A DNA stretch of 64,000 bases from Octopus vulgaris (GCA_951406725.2 OX597824.1:34286001-34350000); one strand, 5' to 3'; numbered from the stretch's first letter, positions 25,925 to 40,265 are shown. Notes: generated by a model from the letters alone, not told the origin. Numbers and translations: made by a program.

Positions 25925-26640
25925 GTCTGTATTAACATATACAATAAACAATTCAATAAAGAAATTCTTTTGTCAATCCCCTCAACCAATCAATACTTTT
26001 AAGTGGTGGTCTTCTTTAATCATTTATTATGTAATACTATATGTTTGTTATCATAAATGTCATCAAATGATTTTTGTTTCCAGTTGTTAAGATGAATATT
26101 TTGTTGTTAATAACATACAAATTAAGTCAATCGCCATGGATATATATAATTGCAATTGATCTAATAACCCTTACTGGACTGCTTCATCATTTGATACTTA
26201 AGTTCTTTAAATTTTTTCTTTTTGTTCTATGTGAAATTATAAAATAAAGTTCAAGAATGCATAAATGTCTAAAAATAAACTAAGTTGATAAATAAATAAC
26301 GGAAATTTTATTTAACATTATATCATGGAATTATAAATGCAGACAGAAACCATTAGAGAAGAATCATGTGTCAGAGAGAGATGAAGAAATACATAGGGAG
26401 GTGGCGAGAGAAGCTGTGTGAACAGTGAAACTTTGATCTATGTGTATGTGTGTGTATGCATAATACTTTCATTTACATATACATATACATACATACACGT
26501 ATACATACAAACACACACATATACACCCATGTATACATGACATATATTCAATCACATTCGCATCAACATTCAGTTTACTTTAGGCAGTCTTCCTCTGCAG
26601 CTGAATTTGTTTTTGTGTTGTTTTTCTTTTGTTCTGGATC

Positions 26641-26701
<61 letters not shown>

Positions 26702-26722
26702 GTCGTTGTTGTTATTATTATT
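26641..26722. repeat. (ATT)n microsatellite
   Basis: Direct inspection. Confidence 0.95.
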
Positions 26723-27442
26723 TAGATGGAGAATCATCAGAGTGTTGGGCAAAAGTACTTTGCAGTACTTATTTCGACTTTTTACATTCTGAGTTCAAAT
26801 TCTGCCAAGGTTGCCTACAACTTTCACCCTTTCAGGATTGATAAAATAAGTACAATTTGAGTCCTGAAGGCAGTGGTATCAACTAAACCCCTTCCTTCAA
26901 AATTGCTATCTTTGTGCCTAAATTAGAAATTATTATTATTATTATTATCATTATTATTATGTGAGAGAGTAGCGCATGCCATCAAAGTGACACTTGGGTA
27001 CAAATATATGAAGCCCAATATACCCATCATGACTACCCATCTGATAAGGAGTACACCAGGCACATGCATCATAACCATATGTGCACAATATGGTGATTTC
27101 ATATCAAGATAAACAGTGCATAATCTTGCAGGTGGGGCCCAGTTATAATTTTCTTCAGGTTGAGTAGCCTACCCTGCTCAAAAGGTCCCTGAATAAGGAT
27201 TGTTTTAAGGATGATGAACAAAACGCCCATGTTTCCAGAGGTGAATTATTCAAACACCAACTGGTTATGGTCAAACAACTGACAAGCAAATCTGTGGTAC
27301 TGAGCAGAATATTTGTTGTAGCCCATCTTTTTATACCAAGACAAAGCAATGTACATGATAACACTTCCAATCAGTTAAGATTAAAAGCCACAAGAACTGC
27401 TGCCTAATACTGCATCAGGGCAATCGTTGTCGTTGTCGTCGT

Positions 27443-27498
27443 CTTCTTCTTCTTCTTCTTCTTCTTCTTCTTCTTCTTCTTCTTCTTCTTCTTCTTCA
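27443..27498. repeat. (CTT)n microsatellite
   Basis: Direct inspection. Confidence 0.95.
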
Positions 27499-28308
27499 TT
27501 ATTAAAGGCGGTGAATTGGCAGAATTGTTAGTGTCCTGTGCAAAATGCTTCGTACCACTTTGTCCATCTTTACATTCTGAATTCAAATTCTGCCAAGGTT
27601 GACTTTGCTTTCATCCTTTCAGGTTTGAACATTGGGTCAATACAATCGACTTAGTCCTCCCGTAAATCTACTAGCCTTGTACCAAAATTTGAAATCATTA
27701 TTATTATAATTATTATTTATTTAGATCTTTAAAAATTGAGCGTGATCGTTACCTGCATCGCCTTACTAGCACTTGTGCTGGTGGCACATGAAAAAAACAT
27801 TCAAGCAAGGTCGTTGCCAGTGCTGCTGGACTGGCTCCTGTGCAGGTGGCACATAAAAAGCACCATTTGAGCGTGGCCGTTGCCAGTACCACCAAACTGG
27901 CCCTCATGCCGGTGGCACGTAAAAGCACCCACTATACTCTCGGAATGGTTGGCGTTAGGAAGGGCATCCAGCTGTAGAAACTCTGCCAGATCAGATTGGA
28001 GTCTGATTCACCAGACCTCAGTCAAATCGTCCAACCCATGAAAGCGGACGTTAAATGATGATGATGATGATTTATTTTTGCAATATGTCATGACAAGTGA
28101 CAAACTTACTAGTTCTTGAGTGTTACCGAAGTGGTACACATTAAATATGAATTTAGACTTGGTTTTGTCAAGAAAACTATTTTTAAGTCTATACATACAT
28201 TACTTACTACTATGGCACCTTGGGCAAATGTTTACTACTATAACTCCAGACTGACCAAAGCCATGTGAATGGATTTCATTGACAGAAACTGAAAAAGAAG
28301 CCAATCAC

Positions 28309-28347
<39 letters not shown>

Positions 28348-28349
28348 AA

Positions 28350-28827
28350 TATATACATATAATTTAAAAATAGGCTAAAATCTTCATAAGAATTTATCAA
28401 GTAGTCAGCGTGAAAAACCTCATAAGAGAAAAAATCCACCAATTTTTTCACTTAAATATATTTATTTATATAATATAGAGGGCATTATTACACATAAATG
28501 CTACACGCTAGGAGGGACTCTAAAAGTCAAAACTACTAAAATAAATAAACATATCGTACCGAATACGATATGGGTGGATACGATAGTTGTTCATCTGGTA
28601 TGTTGATTTTGTTCATTCATTATAAATCTTGAATTATGCTTGCACTGATAAGTAAAGAGGGCACACCACTGCACTGATTACGAAATCACAGGTGATATGC
28701 TGCTGAATTCTGTTTTTTAAATGACTTGCTTCGAGAATTGCACTCGGTACGATATGTTTATTTATTTTAGTAATTTTGACTTTAAGAGTCCCTCCTAGCA
28801 TGTGGAATTTATGTGTAATAATGCCCT

Positions 28828-28835
<8 letters not shown>
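28350..28835. mobile_element. PLE pseudo-LTR relic with inverted terminal copy
   Basis: ~95 bp inverted repeat (28470-28565 vs 28740-28835) around an HHR-containing spacer, bounded by (TA)n tracts. Confidence 0.6.
28642..28700 (+). ncRNA. Type I hammerhead ribozyme with G8A core substitution (likely inactive)
   Basis: GCA-CTGATAA-GTAA...TTAC-GAAA-TCAC ag GTGA-TA-TGC. Confidence 0.6.
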
Positions 28836-28883
<48 letters not shown>

Positions 28884-29399
28884 AGGGTGTGCTGAAAATG
28901 CAAGTGGATCAAGTAACTTATGATCTTATTCAACGTATCCACCTCTCAGATTCACACACTTATTGCAGCAGCCCTTCAGTTTTTCTAAGCCCTATAAAAG
29001 AATTTGGAAGGTTGGCCCTTCACAATAATCTTAAAGCCAGGAACTTTCCAGTACCTCCTCATTATCTCCCACCACTACTTGGGAACTAGTGTTGCTGTTA
29101 CATTCCCATAACTTTGTGGTTTGGCAAAATAGACCAGAAGAATAAGTACCAGGCTTTACAAAAAAATAATAGTTCTGGGGTAATTCATTTGACTAAAAAT
29201 TCCAAGGAGATGTCTAATGATTGAAACAAGTAAATGATAAAATGATATATAAGCTCTGACAAAGCTATAAATTGATACACAAGCATTCACCTATGAGTGC
29301 ATTACATCTTACAGCAGAAACGGCTGTAAGCTAATGAAGTTCATTACATAACTGCTTATTTCCTTGTTATTTATATAATCTCTTACATAATTAAACCCT

Positions 29400-29722
29400 G
29401 TACTTGACAAATTCTTCGTCGCTGGACTATCATCTCTTCAGCCCCATGAAAGAGGGTCTGAGAGGCAAACACTACCTCAGTGATGAGGAAATGAAAACTG
29501 TAGTGAAGAAGTGGCTCAAAGAACAGTCAGCAGAATTTTACAGAGCAGAGATACATGCTCTCATTCGAAGGTGGAACATTGCTATTGAGAGAAACAGTTT
29601 ATATGTTGAGAAGTAGGGATGTGATTTACAGAGAACCAGCTTCATTTTGACGTATGATACATGTTCCTGTGCTGGTAATTATACCTGTCCAAAACAAAAT
29701 GGCATTACTTTTTGACTCACCT
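29400..29722 (+). mobile_element. Mariner transposase C-terminus plus right TIR
   Basis: DYHLFSPMKEGLRGKHY...FY...I..L..RW...YVEK; ttactttttgactcacc TIR. Confidence 0.8.
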
Positions 29723-29799
29723 TTTATCTTCTATTTTTTATTTGTTTCAGTCATTACATTTACATATACATACACATACATACACGTATACATGTATGT

Positions 29800-29839
<40 letters not shown>

Positions 29840-29840
<1 letters not shown>

Positions 29841-30706
29841 GATTACGCAAATATATATGGTTCAACATACTATACAACTTAGCAGTTTAGGGGTAAGTTA
29901 TGTAAGAGAATATTCTCTATCATTTCCAACAACTTCCCACCCACCCATAAGTATAGAAGTATCTTCTCCAACAAAACCATTAGGATTTCCTACTCTACCC
30001 TGCCCAACATGAGCTGCCTCATAGCTAAACATAACTATATTAATATTAGAACAGCTAGATCAAGAGCAAGCTATAGCGACCAACCGAACCCCCTCATCCA
30101 GATAGTAGACAATATAATCAGACTGGCAGCCATATTACCCAAACAGTTAGTAATAACACCCGCCAACACAACAGAGGAAATACTACACCCATCAACAACC
30201 AGGAGGATATCAACGCCCCCACTCGTATTGCAACACCTCCGCCTGGGATTAGCAGCACACGACCGAATAATGCAATGCAATGCAACTGCATATGTGCATC
30301 AGAGTGCCCGCTACAGGGCGCATGTAGGGCGAAAAACGTAATATATTCATGTGAGGTGAGTACCCAGTTTAACACACTCACCTACATAGGTTGCTCAACC
30401 TCCTGGAAATCCAGATACTACAACCACCGGTCCTCGCTGAAACACAGACATAAGGCTAACAGCACCTCCCTTTCTAAAAAAATTTGGGAATTAAAAGACA
30501 AATGCATAGGCTTCAAACTCAGGTGGTCCATCATTGGATCAGCTGCACCTTATTTAAATAATAGAGCAGGATGCCAACTATGTTATGTAGAACTCCTGAA
30601 CATCTTGAAATTCAAAGACAAACACAATCTTATTAACAAAAGGTCAGAGTTCAAACCATCCTGTATACACAAACTTATTAATACTTTCAAATACTACAAA
30701 GCTTAG
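29840..30706 (+). pseudogene. PLE RT C-terminal/linker plus GIY-YIG endonuclease ORF with two frameshifts
   Basis: NVIY...YIG...KSRYYNH...W...CQLC..E...NKRSE...CIH. Frames join if one T (~29886) and one ATGCA repeat unit (~30270-30284) are removed. Confidence 0.8.
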
Positions 30707-30849
30707 GTTATTATACCAACTCCCCCATGCAATTTCCTCCCACCCGGTGCAACCTGTCGGCTCCAGCACATCCCGCTTTCCTATATGTGCGTGTATATGT
30801 GTGTATGTGTGCATATATATATGTATGTGCACATATGTGTATGTATATG

Positions 30850-30889
<40 letters not shown>

Positions 30890-32726
30890 GGTGTATGTAT
30901 GTGCATATATGTTTCCCTGCATTTTCCTCCTATATATACACATTTTGTCTCCCATATATGTCTTTTTTTCCCTACATATTTCTTCTCCTACACCCATATC
31001 CTTCCTATATAGTCTCTTTATTTCCCTATATCTATACCCTTTCACATTTCTAACTCGGATGTTGAACGCACACCGCCAAACTCCACTTCCCACCCTTCCA
31101 ATTTTCAGTTCCCCCCGCCCGCCCCTACGTAGGCACCTTTAACACACACCTCCAACTTTCAACCACCTTCATCTCATGTTAAACTTTACCAGATTACATT
31201 TTTATTTTATTTTATTTTTATTTTTACTTTTATTTTGCTTTATCCTATTCTACTTCGCTTTACCTTTATTCTCATTTTTATTTTCATCCCTTATCTTAAT
31301 TCTTATAATTTTTATAATTTTTATATTTCATTTCTAACTTTTACATTGTATTTCTTATTTTATATTGTATTTCTTACTTTTATTTCTAATTTTTACTCTT
31401 ACCCTCATTCTTACCCCTAACTTATCGTTTTATATCTCTATATATGTCTATTTTTTTTGCTTATCCCTTATTTACTTACCTATGGATCCGCTTTATGATT
31501 ATAAGAGCGTCCGTGTACGTATGTATACGTATACATATGTGTACATATGTACGAGTAAACATCTACGTCTGGATGTGCATACCCCGTATTTCTTTACATT
31601 TTTTTACATGTTTTCTTATATTCATATGTTTACACCTATTTGTATACATCTTTTAATATCTTATAGCTATACCCATATGCGCGTATGTCTCTGTGTGTGT
31701 ATGTAAGTGTATATGTGCACGCACATATGGACACACAGCCGTGTGTGCATGCACGTGTAGACGTGAGTGCGTGATTCTTTACATACGTTCTTATATACAT
31801 CCCTTAATACCTTATATCTAAACCTGGAAGCGTGGACATATGTGTATGTGTATGTAAGGATGGACGCACGTATGTATATATGGGTGTGTACACGTATAAT
31901 GTCCGCGTATACATGCGGATATTCTGTTGTATGTATGTATGTGTACGCGCGTGCGTGTGGGTGTATGTGTGTTTATGCACATGTTTACACGTGAGTGCGT
32001 GTGTATGCTTATAGGCTTGGAGCCGTGTATGCGCGCGTATATGTACGCGTGTATATGGGTGTATGTATCCATGATGGTATGTATGTACAAGATGACCAAT
32101 TAATTCAAAGAACTAGATTAAACGCTCAACAGCTCTGATTTACAACACACTAGGTCCCCAGAAGACCCTGTTGATTTATTGACACCCAAAACTTCTACAA
32201 CTAAATTTTATCAATCTCCTGACCACCATGTTTGGTCCGTAACCTCTATACATCCCTTATCTTTATATTTTTTTACATTTTTATCATGTTTATTCCTATT
32301 TTTATTTTTTTACTTTTTTTTACTTTTTACTTTTATTTCTATTTCTATTTTTACTTTATAACCTTATGCCTTTACATTTATTTATATTTCTTTATATTTC
32401 TTTATATTCTTTATAACCCCTTTACATCTCCTTATATCCCTTTATATCTTTATACTCTACATTTTTATATTTTTCTATACTTACACTTTTATACATTTTT
32501 TATCCCTCGTCCTGAATTCTCACCCCTCCATCTTCACGTCTATATATGTATTTATTTATTTACATTACTTCAACATCCAAATTTCCTCATTCTACATTGA
32601 GAGAAGAAAGAGATGGACGCTTCAATTCTATGCTGCTGCCGCATTATGTCGTACGCGAATGAGAGGATTTGCATCCCCAACCAAGAATTTTTGATGTAAC
32701 ACATGTCCTTGTGGAAGCTGTTGTGC

Positions 32727-32804
32727 GCGGCTGAAGAAGGCCACAGACATACATTATGCATTGTTATAAATCTGTCTAATAAAGGCCCGAAACATATGTA
32801 CCGC
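32727..32804 (+). ncRNA. Type I hammerhead ribozyme (intact core, long stem II insertion)
   Basis: Stem I GCGG/CCGC; CTGAAGA 32731-37; stem II GGCC/GGCC enclosing ~41 nt; GAAA 32789-92; palindromic stem III ACATATGT; predicted cleavage after GUA at 32800. Confidence 0.8.
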
Positions 32805-32836
32805 TGAATCCTTGGCATCATGTTTTTATTTTGATC

Positions 32837-33110
<274 letters not shown>

Positions 33111-33169
33111 CATGTACACACACACACTGACATAAATACATACATACACACACATACATAAATAGATAC

Positions 33170-33985
33170 ACAACCATGCTTGGGCACCGCCTTGAATTTT
33201 TGGTTGAATAAATCAACCTCAGTACTTAATATTTTTTTTTAAGCTTAGTACTTATTATCTATCAATCTGTTTTGCCAACCTGCTAAGTTACAGGAATGTA
33301 AACACACCAATACCAGTTGTCAAATGGTAGTGGAGGGACAAACATAAGACACAAAGACACATATACACACACGCACACACATACACACACATACACACAC
33401 ACACATGCATATTTCTACATATGATAGGCTTCTTACAGTTTTCGTCTACCAAATCCACTCACAAGGCTTTCATCAGATGGAGGCTATAGTAAAAGACATT
33501 TGTCCAAGGTGCCACGTAGTAGGACTGTACCCGGAACCATGAGGCTGAGAAGCAAACTTCTTAACCACACAGTCACACCTGCGCCTATTAGATGATGATT
33601 TAATGTCATAAAGTTTTTATATTTAAAAGTTTAAAATTTCAAAGGTGCAAGACATTGGCTGTGTGGTTAAGAAGCTTACTTTGCAACCACATGGTTTGGA
33701 GTTCAATCCCACAGTGTGACACCTTGAATAAGTGTCTTTTACTGTAGCCCAAGAATGACCGATAGCTTGCCAGTTACTTTTGTAGACAGGCAGTAAGTAA
33801 AAGTCTGTTGTTGGTTGGTTTACATCCCCATAATTAAGAAGTTCAGCAAAAGAGAAAGAAACCTGTAGAATAAATACCAGACTAAAAAAAACATAAGTAT
33901 TGGGGTAGATTTGTTTTGACAAAAATCCTTTAAGTGGTGCTCCAGCATGGCCGCAGTCCAAAGACCAAATCAAGTAAAGGATAAA
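33170..33985. mobile_element. Divergent (inverted) pair of family B SINEs
   Basis: Minus copy at ~33170-33586 and plus copy at ~33655-33985. Confidence 0.7.
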
Positions 33986-35559
33986 AGGTAACTTTCAGTC
34001 CTAAAACGTAGTTGTTTGTGGCACAGTCTGCCAAAAGTTGTTATTTGTGACACAATCTGCCAACCTTTATTTATAAATACAAATATATTGATTAAACAAT
34101 TGAAACTTCTGTATTCATATAATGATGATGATGATGGCGGTAGTGGTGGTGGTGGTGGTGGTAGTGGTGGTGGTGGCGAGGATGATGATGATGATGATGA
34201 AAGCTTTCCCATCAGTTTCAACAATGAACAATTTGGTTCTTTCAATCAAATGAACTACTTATTGGTACATACTGAGAAGGGATAAGTCAATTACATTGAC
34301 TCCAGTGTTCAACTGGTACATATTTTATCAACCCTGAAAGGATGAAAGGCAAAGTCAACCTCAGTGGAATCTGAACTCAGAATATTAAGACAGACGAAAT
34401 ACTGCTAAGCATTTTGCCCGGCATGATTCTATCGGTTTACCGCCTTACAGATTTCATATTTTTTGCACAAGGCTAGTAATTTCGGGGTAAGGGTAAGTCA
34501 ATTGCATTAACCCCAGCATTGAACTGGTATTTATTTTATCAGCCCAGAAAAAATGAAAGACAAAGTCGACCTCAGTGGAATTTGCACTCAGATGGGCAAA
34601 ACACTGCTGAGAATTTTGCCTGGAATGCTAATGATTCTGCCAACTCACTCCCTTCTTCCTAGTCATATTAACATGTAAAGTGATTGAGTATCTCTTGGAT
34701 ACATAACCCCTTATTATAATTCTCAGACCAAATCAGCTTGATACAGTATGTAATGAGGCTGGACTCATTGAATCACAGCAATAATCTATCCAAAAGATAG
34801 AGTCTCTGTCTATCTAATTTTTGTAAAGTAAAAGACACTTTTGCAAAATATCCTTTGGTGGGATTGAACTGGTGAACTCATGTTTATGAAGTGAGCCTCT
34901 TAACTACTCAGCCATATCAGCATCATAACTTTATATAAACAATGATTACAGACAGATCATATATACTTACATATATACTCACTCACATATACATATGTAT
35001 ACATATGTATGTATATGTGTATGTGGGTATATATATATATATATATATTTGCATATACACACTTACACACACACACACTGACATAAATACATACATACAC
35101 ATATGTAAATAGATACACATACATGTATAGCGGTGGTTTAAGCCGCTGGATATTAGTGTGTTAATAGTATATCATATTGTCACATAATTATTCTTGGTCC
35201 CATATGCACAAGACGACCAATTTTGGGGTAAGGTAAGTCAATATGATCAACCCCAGGGTTCAAATGGTACTTATTTTATTGACCCCCAAAAGATGAAATT
35301 CAAAGTTGACCTCAGCAGAATTCAAACTCAGGACATAATGAGTCAGGAGAAATACCACCAAGCATTTTGTCCAATGTGATTCTGTCAGGTGCCACCTTAT
35401 ATTATGGTATTATAATAATTACTATAATATTGGTTTTAAATTTTGGCACAAGGCTTGGAATTTGGGAGGGGGGTAATATGATTACATTGACCCCAGTGTC
35501 CAACTGGTACTTATTTTATGGACCCCAAAAGGATGAAAAGCCCACAATTCCAAAGATTC

Positions 35560-35810
35560 TTTGAAAGCTGCCATAGTCTGAGTAATGTCCAAAATGAACC
35601 AGGACCACCTGATTTGAGCATGTAGAGGATTTAGATCTCATATAGAAGTAGTTGTTGAAGCTGAAGGTGACTTTATTGAATAACATTATAGAAAAGAAGG
35701 TTTATTTTTATCCTCATAGCATCTTTTGATAAATAAAGTTATTATCTGTTATTATATATATGTTTTTTTATAAACATAAATCTGTCCTCAAATATCTTAC
35801 ACACCCTTTA
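35560..35810 (+). mobile_element. Tc1/mariner-superfamily 3' relic
   Basis: ACRGFRSHIEVVVEAEGDFIE* C-terminal motif. Confidence 0.55.
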
Positions 35811-37830
35811 TGTATGTATGTATGTATGTATGTATGTATGTATGTATGATGAGCTTCCACACAGTTTCTGTCTACCACACTCACTTACAAAGCATTGGTT
35901 GGTCTGAGACAATAGTAGAAGACATTTGCCCAATGGGCTGCACAGTGGGATTGAACCTGAAACCATATGCTATATTTTGGAAGATATATTAGCTTTAATT
36001 GTTCTCAGTACTGAGCTGGTAAAACAATTTTATCAACCCTAGACATCTGTCTTCATGATATCAAATACTGGCAAACTTTCTACTTACTGTATTTCTTTCA
36101 AGTAAATAGACTAATATCTTACTTTCTGTCTAGCTTCTAGGTGTCCCTGCTACCTGCTTTCTTTGACTCCTCCAAAGTTGGTCGTTATCTCTTAGAGTCT
36201 TAGCTACAACACTATTCAAACAACATGTTGCTTGCTGCTTGGTTGACCTTAAAAGAGGTCAATATTAAGTTATTTTATTCAGATTTGTCTTGGAATCCTC
36301 TTTTCTATATGAGTTTAGGGTCACATAGAACCCAAAATATTAACAAACTTCATAAGTTTTTGTTTTTTTTGTCGATCTCAATATATGGTTTGAAGTATTT
36401 TGTTTATGAAATGATACGTCCTTAGTCCATAAAGTTAACCTAATTTCAAGCTATGTGTTACAACATCACATCTCAGATGTAAGATAATGTCTAGTTAAAG
36501 GGATCATGTTCTCTCATCTAGATTTAGAAATATCAGCCTGACAGCAAATATCAATGCTTCAACTCAAATTTGAATTAGCAGTCCATGTTGACAGGTCCAA
36601 TATGTTTCTCCTCTTTTTGAAAGTTTATCAATATAATATAGCTTCTTTGTAATATGTTAAAGTATTAATGAGCAATGGAAAAATACTGAATTTTTAATTC
36701 ACATATGTGCATGCACACACATTTGTATGTATATATACATATATATATATATAAGCAAAACGCCTTCCGTCTAATGAACGGTGCTGAGTTGTCAAACACT
36801 TAAACAAAATTTTCTCAAAACAACTAGTCAGACCCTCCCATAGGCCTTCCCTTTGAGAAACACTGATTTAACCTAAATTTGAGATACGAGCAAAAGAAGA
36901 AATAAAGATAGACTTTTTTCTATTCCAAAGAAAAATGATTTTATTCACACAAATATGTAACAGAAGAGTTTAAAGTACCAACAATGATACGGCTGCTGAC
37001 TGGGAGAACACAAACATGGTTTAAACAGTAAGCTTGGCAGGAAAGAAACGTGCCTTTAAGCAGTACAAAAACAACAAAAAATGGAAGGTACAGTTATGTA
37101 CAGATTGACGGAAGAAAATCAGGACAAAAACGGCTTTATCAATTGCATTTTCACCTGGAATCGATTTTTGTAATTTTTTCAAAACTTATACATGCCCTGA
37201 CACCGTTGGTATCTACATATCAAATTTGAGCTCAATGGGATGGAGGATGCCCGAGATCTGAGAAGAGACACACACACACAGACAGACAGACAGAACAGAT
37301 TTTTATATAAGAGATATATTTGGGTTTAGTCCCATTGCACGGCAACTTGACAAGTGTCTTCTGCTACAGCATTGGACAGACTAAAGTCTTCTAAGTAGAT
37401 TTGACAGAAAAACTGAAAGAAGCTTGTGATGTACATGCATGTGTGTGTGAGAGAGAGAGAGAGTGTGTGTGTGTGTGTGTGTGTGCATCTGCATGCGTGC
37501 GCACCTCCTGATTTCCTGATTTTGACATTGTGTGATAGTTGCAAATGAGCCTCACCATCTCACAAGCAGTGCTGCTCATTTATCATTCTTTCATGAAAAG
37601 CAAGTCTGGTCGTGTTGAAATCTTGCTTGGAAACAACTGAAAGTTGGAAACAGGAAGAGCATCCAGCTATAGAAAATCCCCCTTAACAAATTCCATCTGA
37701 GCCATGCATGCATGGAAAAGTTGACCTTTAACGATGATGCCACTGCCATTCCTGATGCCAATACCAATGTGCAAGACAATATTTAGAATATACAATCTAG
37801 AAGTGCAAATTTAAGTAATTACTCTTTGAG

Positions 37831-38113
37831 TGTGGAGGCACATGGCCTAGTGGTTAGAGCAGCAGTCTCACAGTCGAGGGATTGCGGGTTCGAATCTCAG
37901 ACCTGGCGATGTGTGTGTTTATGAGCAAAACACCTAAGCTCCACACAGTTCCGGCAGAAGGTAATGGTGAACTTCTGCTGACTCTTTCGCCACAACTTTC
38001 TCTCATTCTTTCCTCATGCATCTTGCAGCTCACCTGCGACAGACAGGCGTCCTATCCAGGTGGGGAACCTATACACCAAGGAAACCAGGTGTGGCTTGAG
38101 AAGGAACAAACAA
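37831..38113 (+). mobile_element. tRNA-derived SINE, family C, with TSD
   Basis: Homologous to 8620-8924; 10 bp TSD actctttgag (37821-30, 38114-23). Confidence 0.85.
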
Positions 38114-38663
38114 ACTCTTTGAGAACTACATTATGCAACATACTACAACAGAGCACGTGAATTAACTCTATATTAAAATTGTTAGATTGTTAGATTCATA
38201 TATTCTCTTGGGGAATTATTATACCAAAATTACTTGAGAGAAACATTAGAAATATTTTATAAAATTACATAACATTTTTTCACATGATTAGATTGTTTTT
38301 GTACACTAATTGCTAAGACTGTACACACAAATGATTGACTGATATGATTGTCAGAAGTAAAATTGTTGTTGTGGTTGCCTCAGTAGAAATTTAATCTTGC
38401 TCTTTTAGCTGAAGCCATTTTTTTCACTTTCTTTTGATTGTTCCATTTGTCTATTATATTTAGATTAGTAGAATTAATTATGTTGTAGAAGAGATATGGG
38501 ATTGGTATGCCATTACAATCTACACATACATTGGTCATCTCTAGATCTATTCAACTCTGATAATCATTTATCATGGACAAAAAGCCATGGTAGGCATTCT
38601 TCTCCTTATTGATTATGAGCTGATTCAGTGGTAGGTGGCCACCCTGTAGTATTCAAGGCTTGC

Positions 38664-38696
<33 letters not shown>

Positions 38697-39220
38697 TGTA
38701 TGTATGCGTGTATGTATGTATGTATGTATACATACTTTGTTTTTCTATTTCATTTACAAGACCTTTGATGGCACATGGCTTAGTGGTTAGGGTGTTGCAC
38801 TCATGATTGTGAGATCGTGGGTTCGATTCCCAGACTAGGCATTGCACTGTGTTCTTGAGCAAAGCACTTCATTTCATGTTGCTCTACGATTATTTCGACA
38901 TCTGACATGTGGCATCCAGTTTGCACTTGTTTGCACTTGTACAGGTAATGTCGATTTGATGGAGGGAGTTAGCTTGTATCTACACAAACATTTGATCACT
39001 ATAAACAAATCATCTGTGTGGTTGTTCAGCAAGAAATTGTCAAACCTTCATACATCATCTAACAACAGGAGAGTCCATTATATGTGTGTGTATATATATA
39101 TATATCCTCCCTGTCGCCGGGTATGATTTGCTTCTGCGCAGATGTTTGAAAAGTTAGGATTTACAAACCGTTAGATCTACATGTGGTTCTAACAGTCTAT
39201 GCATCAGGATTATTAAGGCT

Positions 39221-39295
39221 GTCCCACTGAAGAAACTTGCCTTCGGCAAATATACTTTTTTTGCTGGAAATAGTTAGAAACCGTCGGTCTGGGAT
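39221..39295 (+). ncRNA. Type I hammerhead ribozyme (intact core, branched stem II)
   Basis: GTCCCA-CTGAAGA-AACT...(TTGCC ttc GGCAA)...AGTT-a-GAAA-CCG t CGG-TC-TGGGAT. Canonical GUC cleavage triplet ending at 39289. Confidence 0.75.
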
Positions 39296-39410
39296 ATCGT
39301 TGAGATGGTAAATATTTTTAATTTCATTCCTTTCATGAATTTATCCCTTTTTGTGATCCAGCACAACACTTTCCTATTTGGAAGCCTCTTATTGTATTTA
39401 TATAAGTCTG

Positions 39411-39444
<34 letters not shown>

Positions 39445-40115
39445 CAGGCTTCTTTCAATTTTCATCTACTAAATCCACTCACAGGGCTTTGGTTGTAGGA
39501 GAATACACTAGCCCAAGCTGCCACAAGGTGAAACTGAACCTGGAACCATGTGGTTGTGAAGCAAGCTTTGTACCATACAGCCATGTCGATGCCAGTGGCA
39601 AGAATTCTAACTTTCTTCTTTTTATTGCTAATGCAGATCTTCACAAATTTCTTCAGACTCAAGTATTTTTTTCTTTTGCTAATTAGAGAAATAAAAACTG
39701 GAAAAAACCCCTTCTAATAAAATGAATTTAATGAGGGATTCGATCATAAATATTTGTGAAATTAGCTTCGTGCTGTATAGAACACTGTGTTTTTTCATCT
39801 TTCTCTTCTAAAGAAGGCATCTATAAAAAGAATGCCCCAAAATAAACAGTTTAATTCAAAAACAAGCCAACATATTTATGACTTTTAGTCCACTACTGTA
39901 AATATTTAGAGGGGTTTGAATGAATGTTGTTAGATGTATACAGCTGGAGTATGTCAAAGATAGCAGGAGGGAGAGAGTGGATGGGAGAGTGGGAACTATT
40001 TTGGGACAGTCTGCTTATCACAAGTCAACTACATATCTGAAATAGCTTAGGAATGGTTTGAAATTGCTATCCAAAAGCTAAGACCAGTTAACACACACAC
40101 CACACACATGCACAC

Positions 40116-40179
<64 letters not shown>

Positions 40180-40214
40180 GTATGTGTGTATGTATGTGTG
40201 TATGTATGTATATG

Positions 40215-40265
<51 letters not shown>

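Larger units (their letters stand above)
29840..32830 (+). mobile_element. 5'-truncated Penelope-like retroelement (probably Naiad-type) with long 3' region and terminal hammerhead
   Basis: Motifs RKYIWFNILYN, FPPTHKYRSIF, KTIRISYSTLPNM...KHN, then CNC-x4-CPLQGAC and a GIY-YIG endonuclease. HHR at 32727-32804. Flanked by (TA)n on both sides. Confidence 0.8.
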
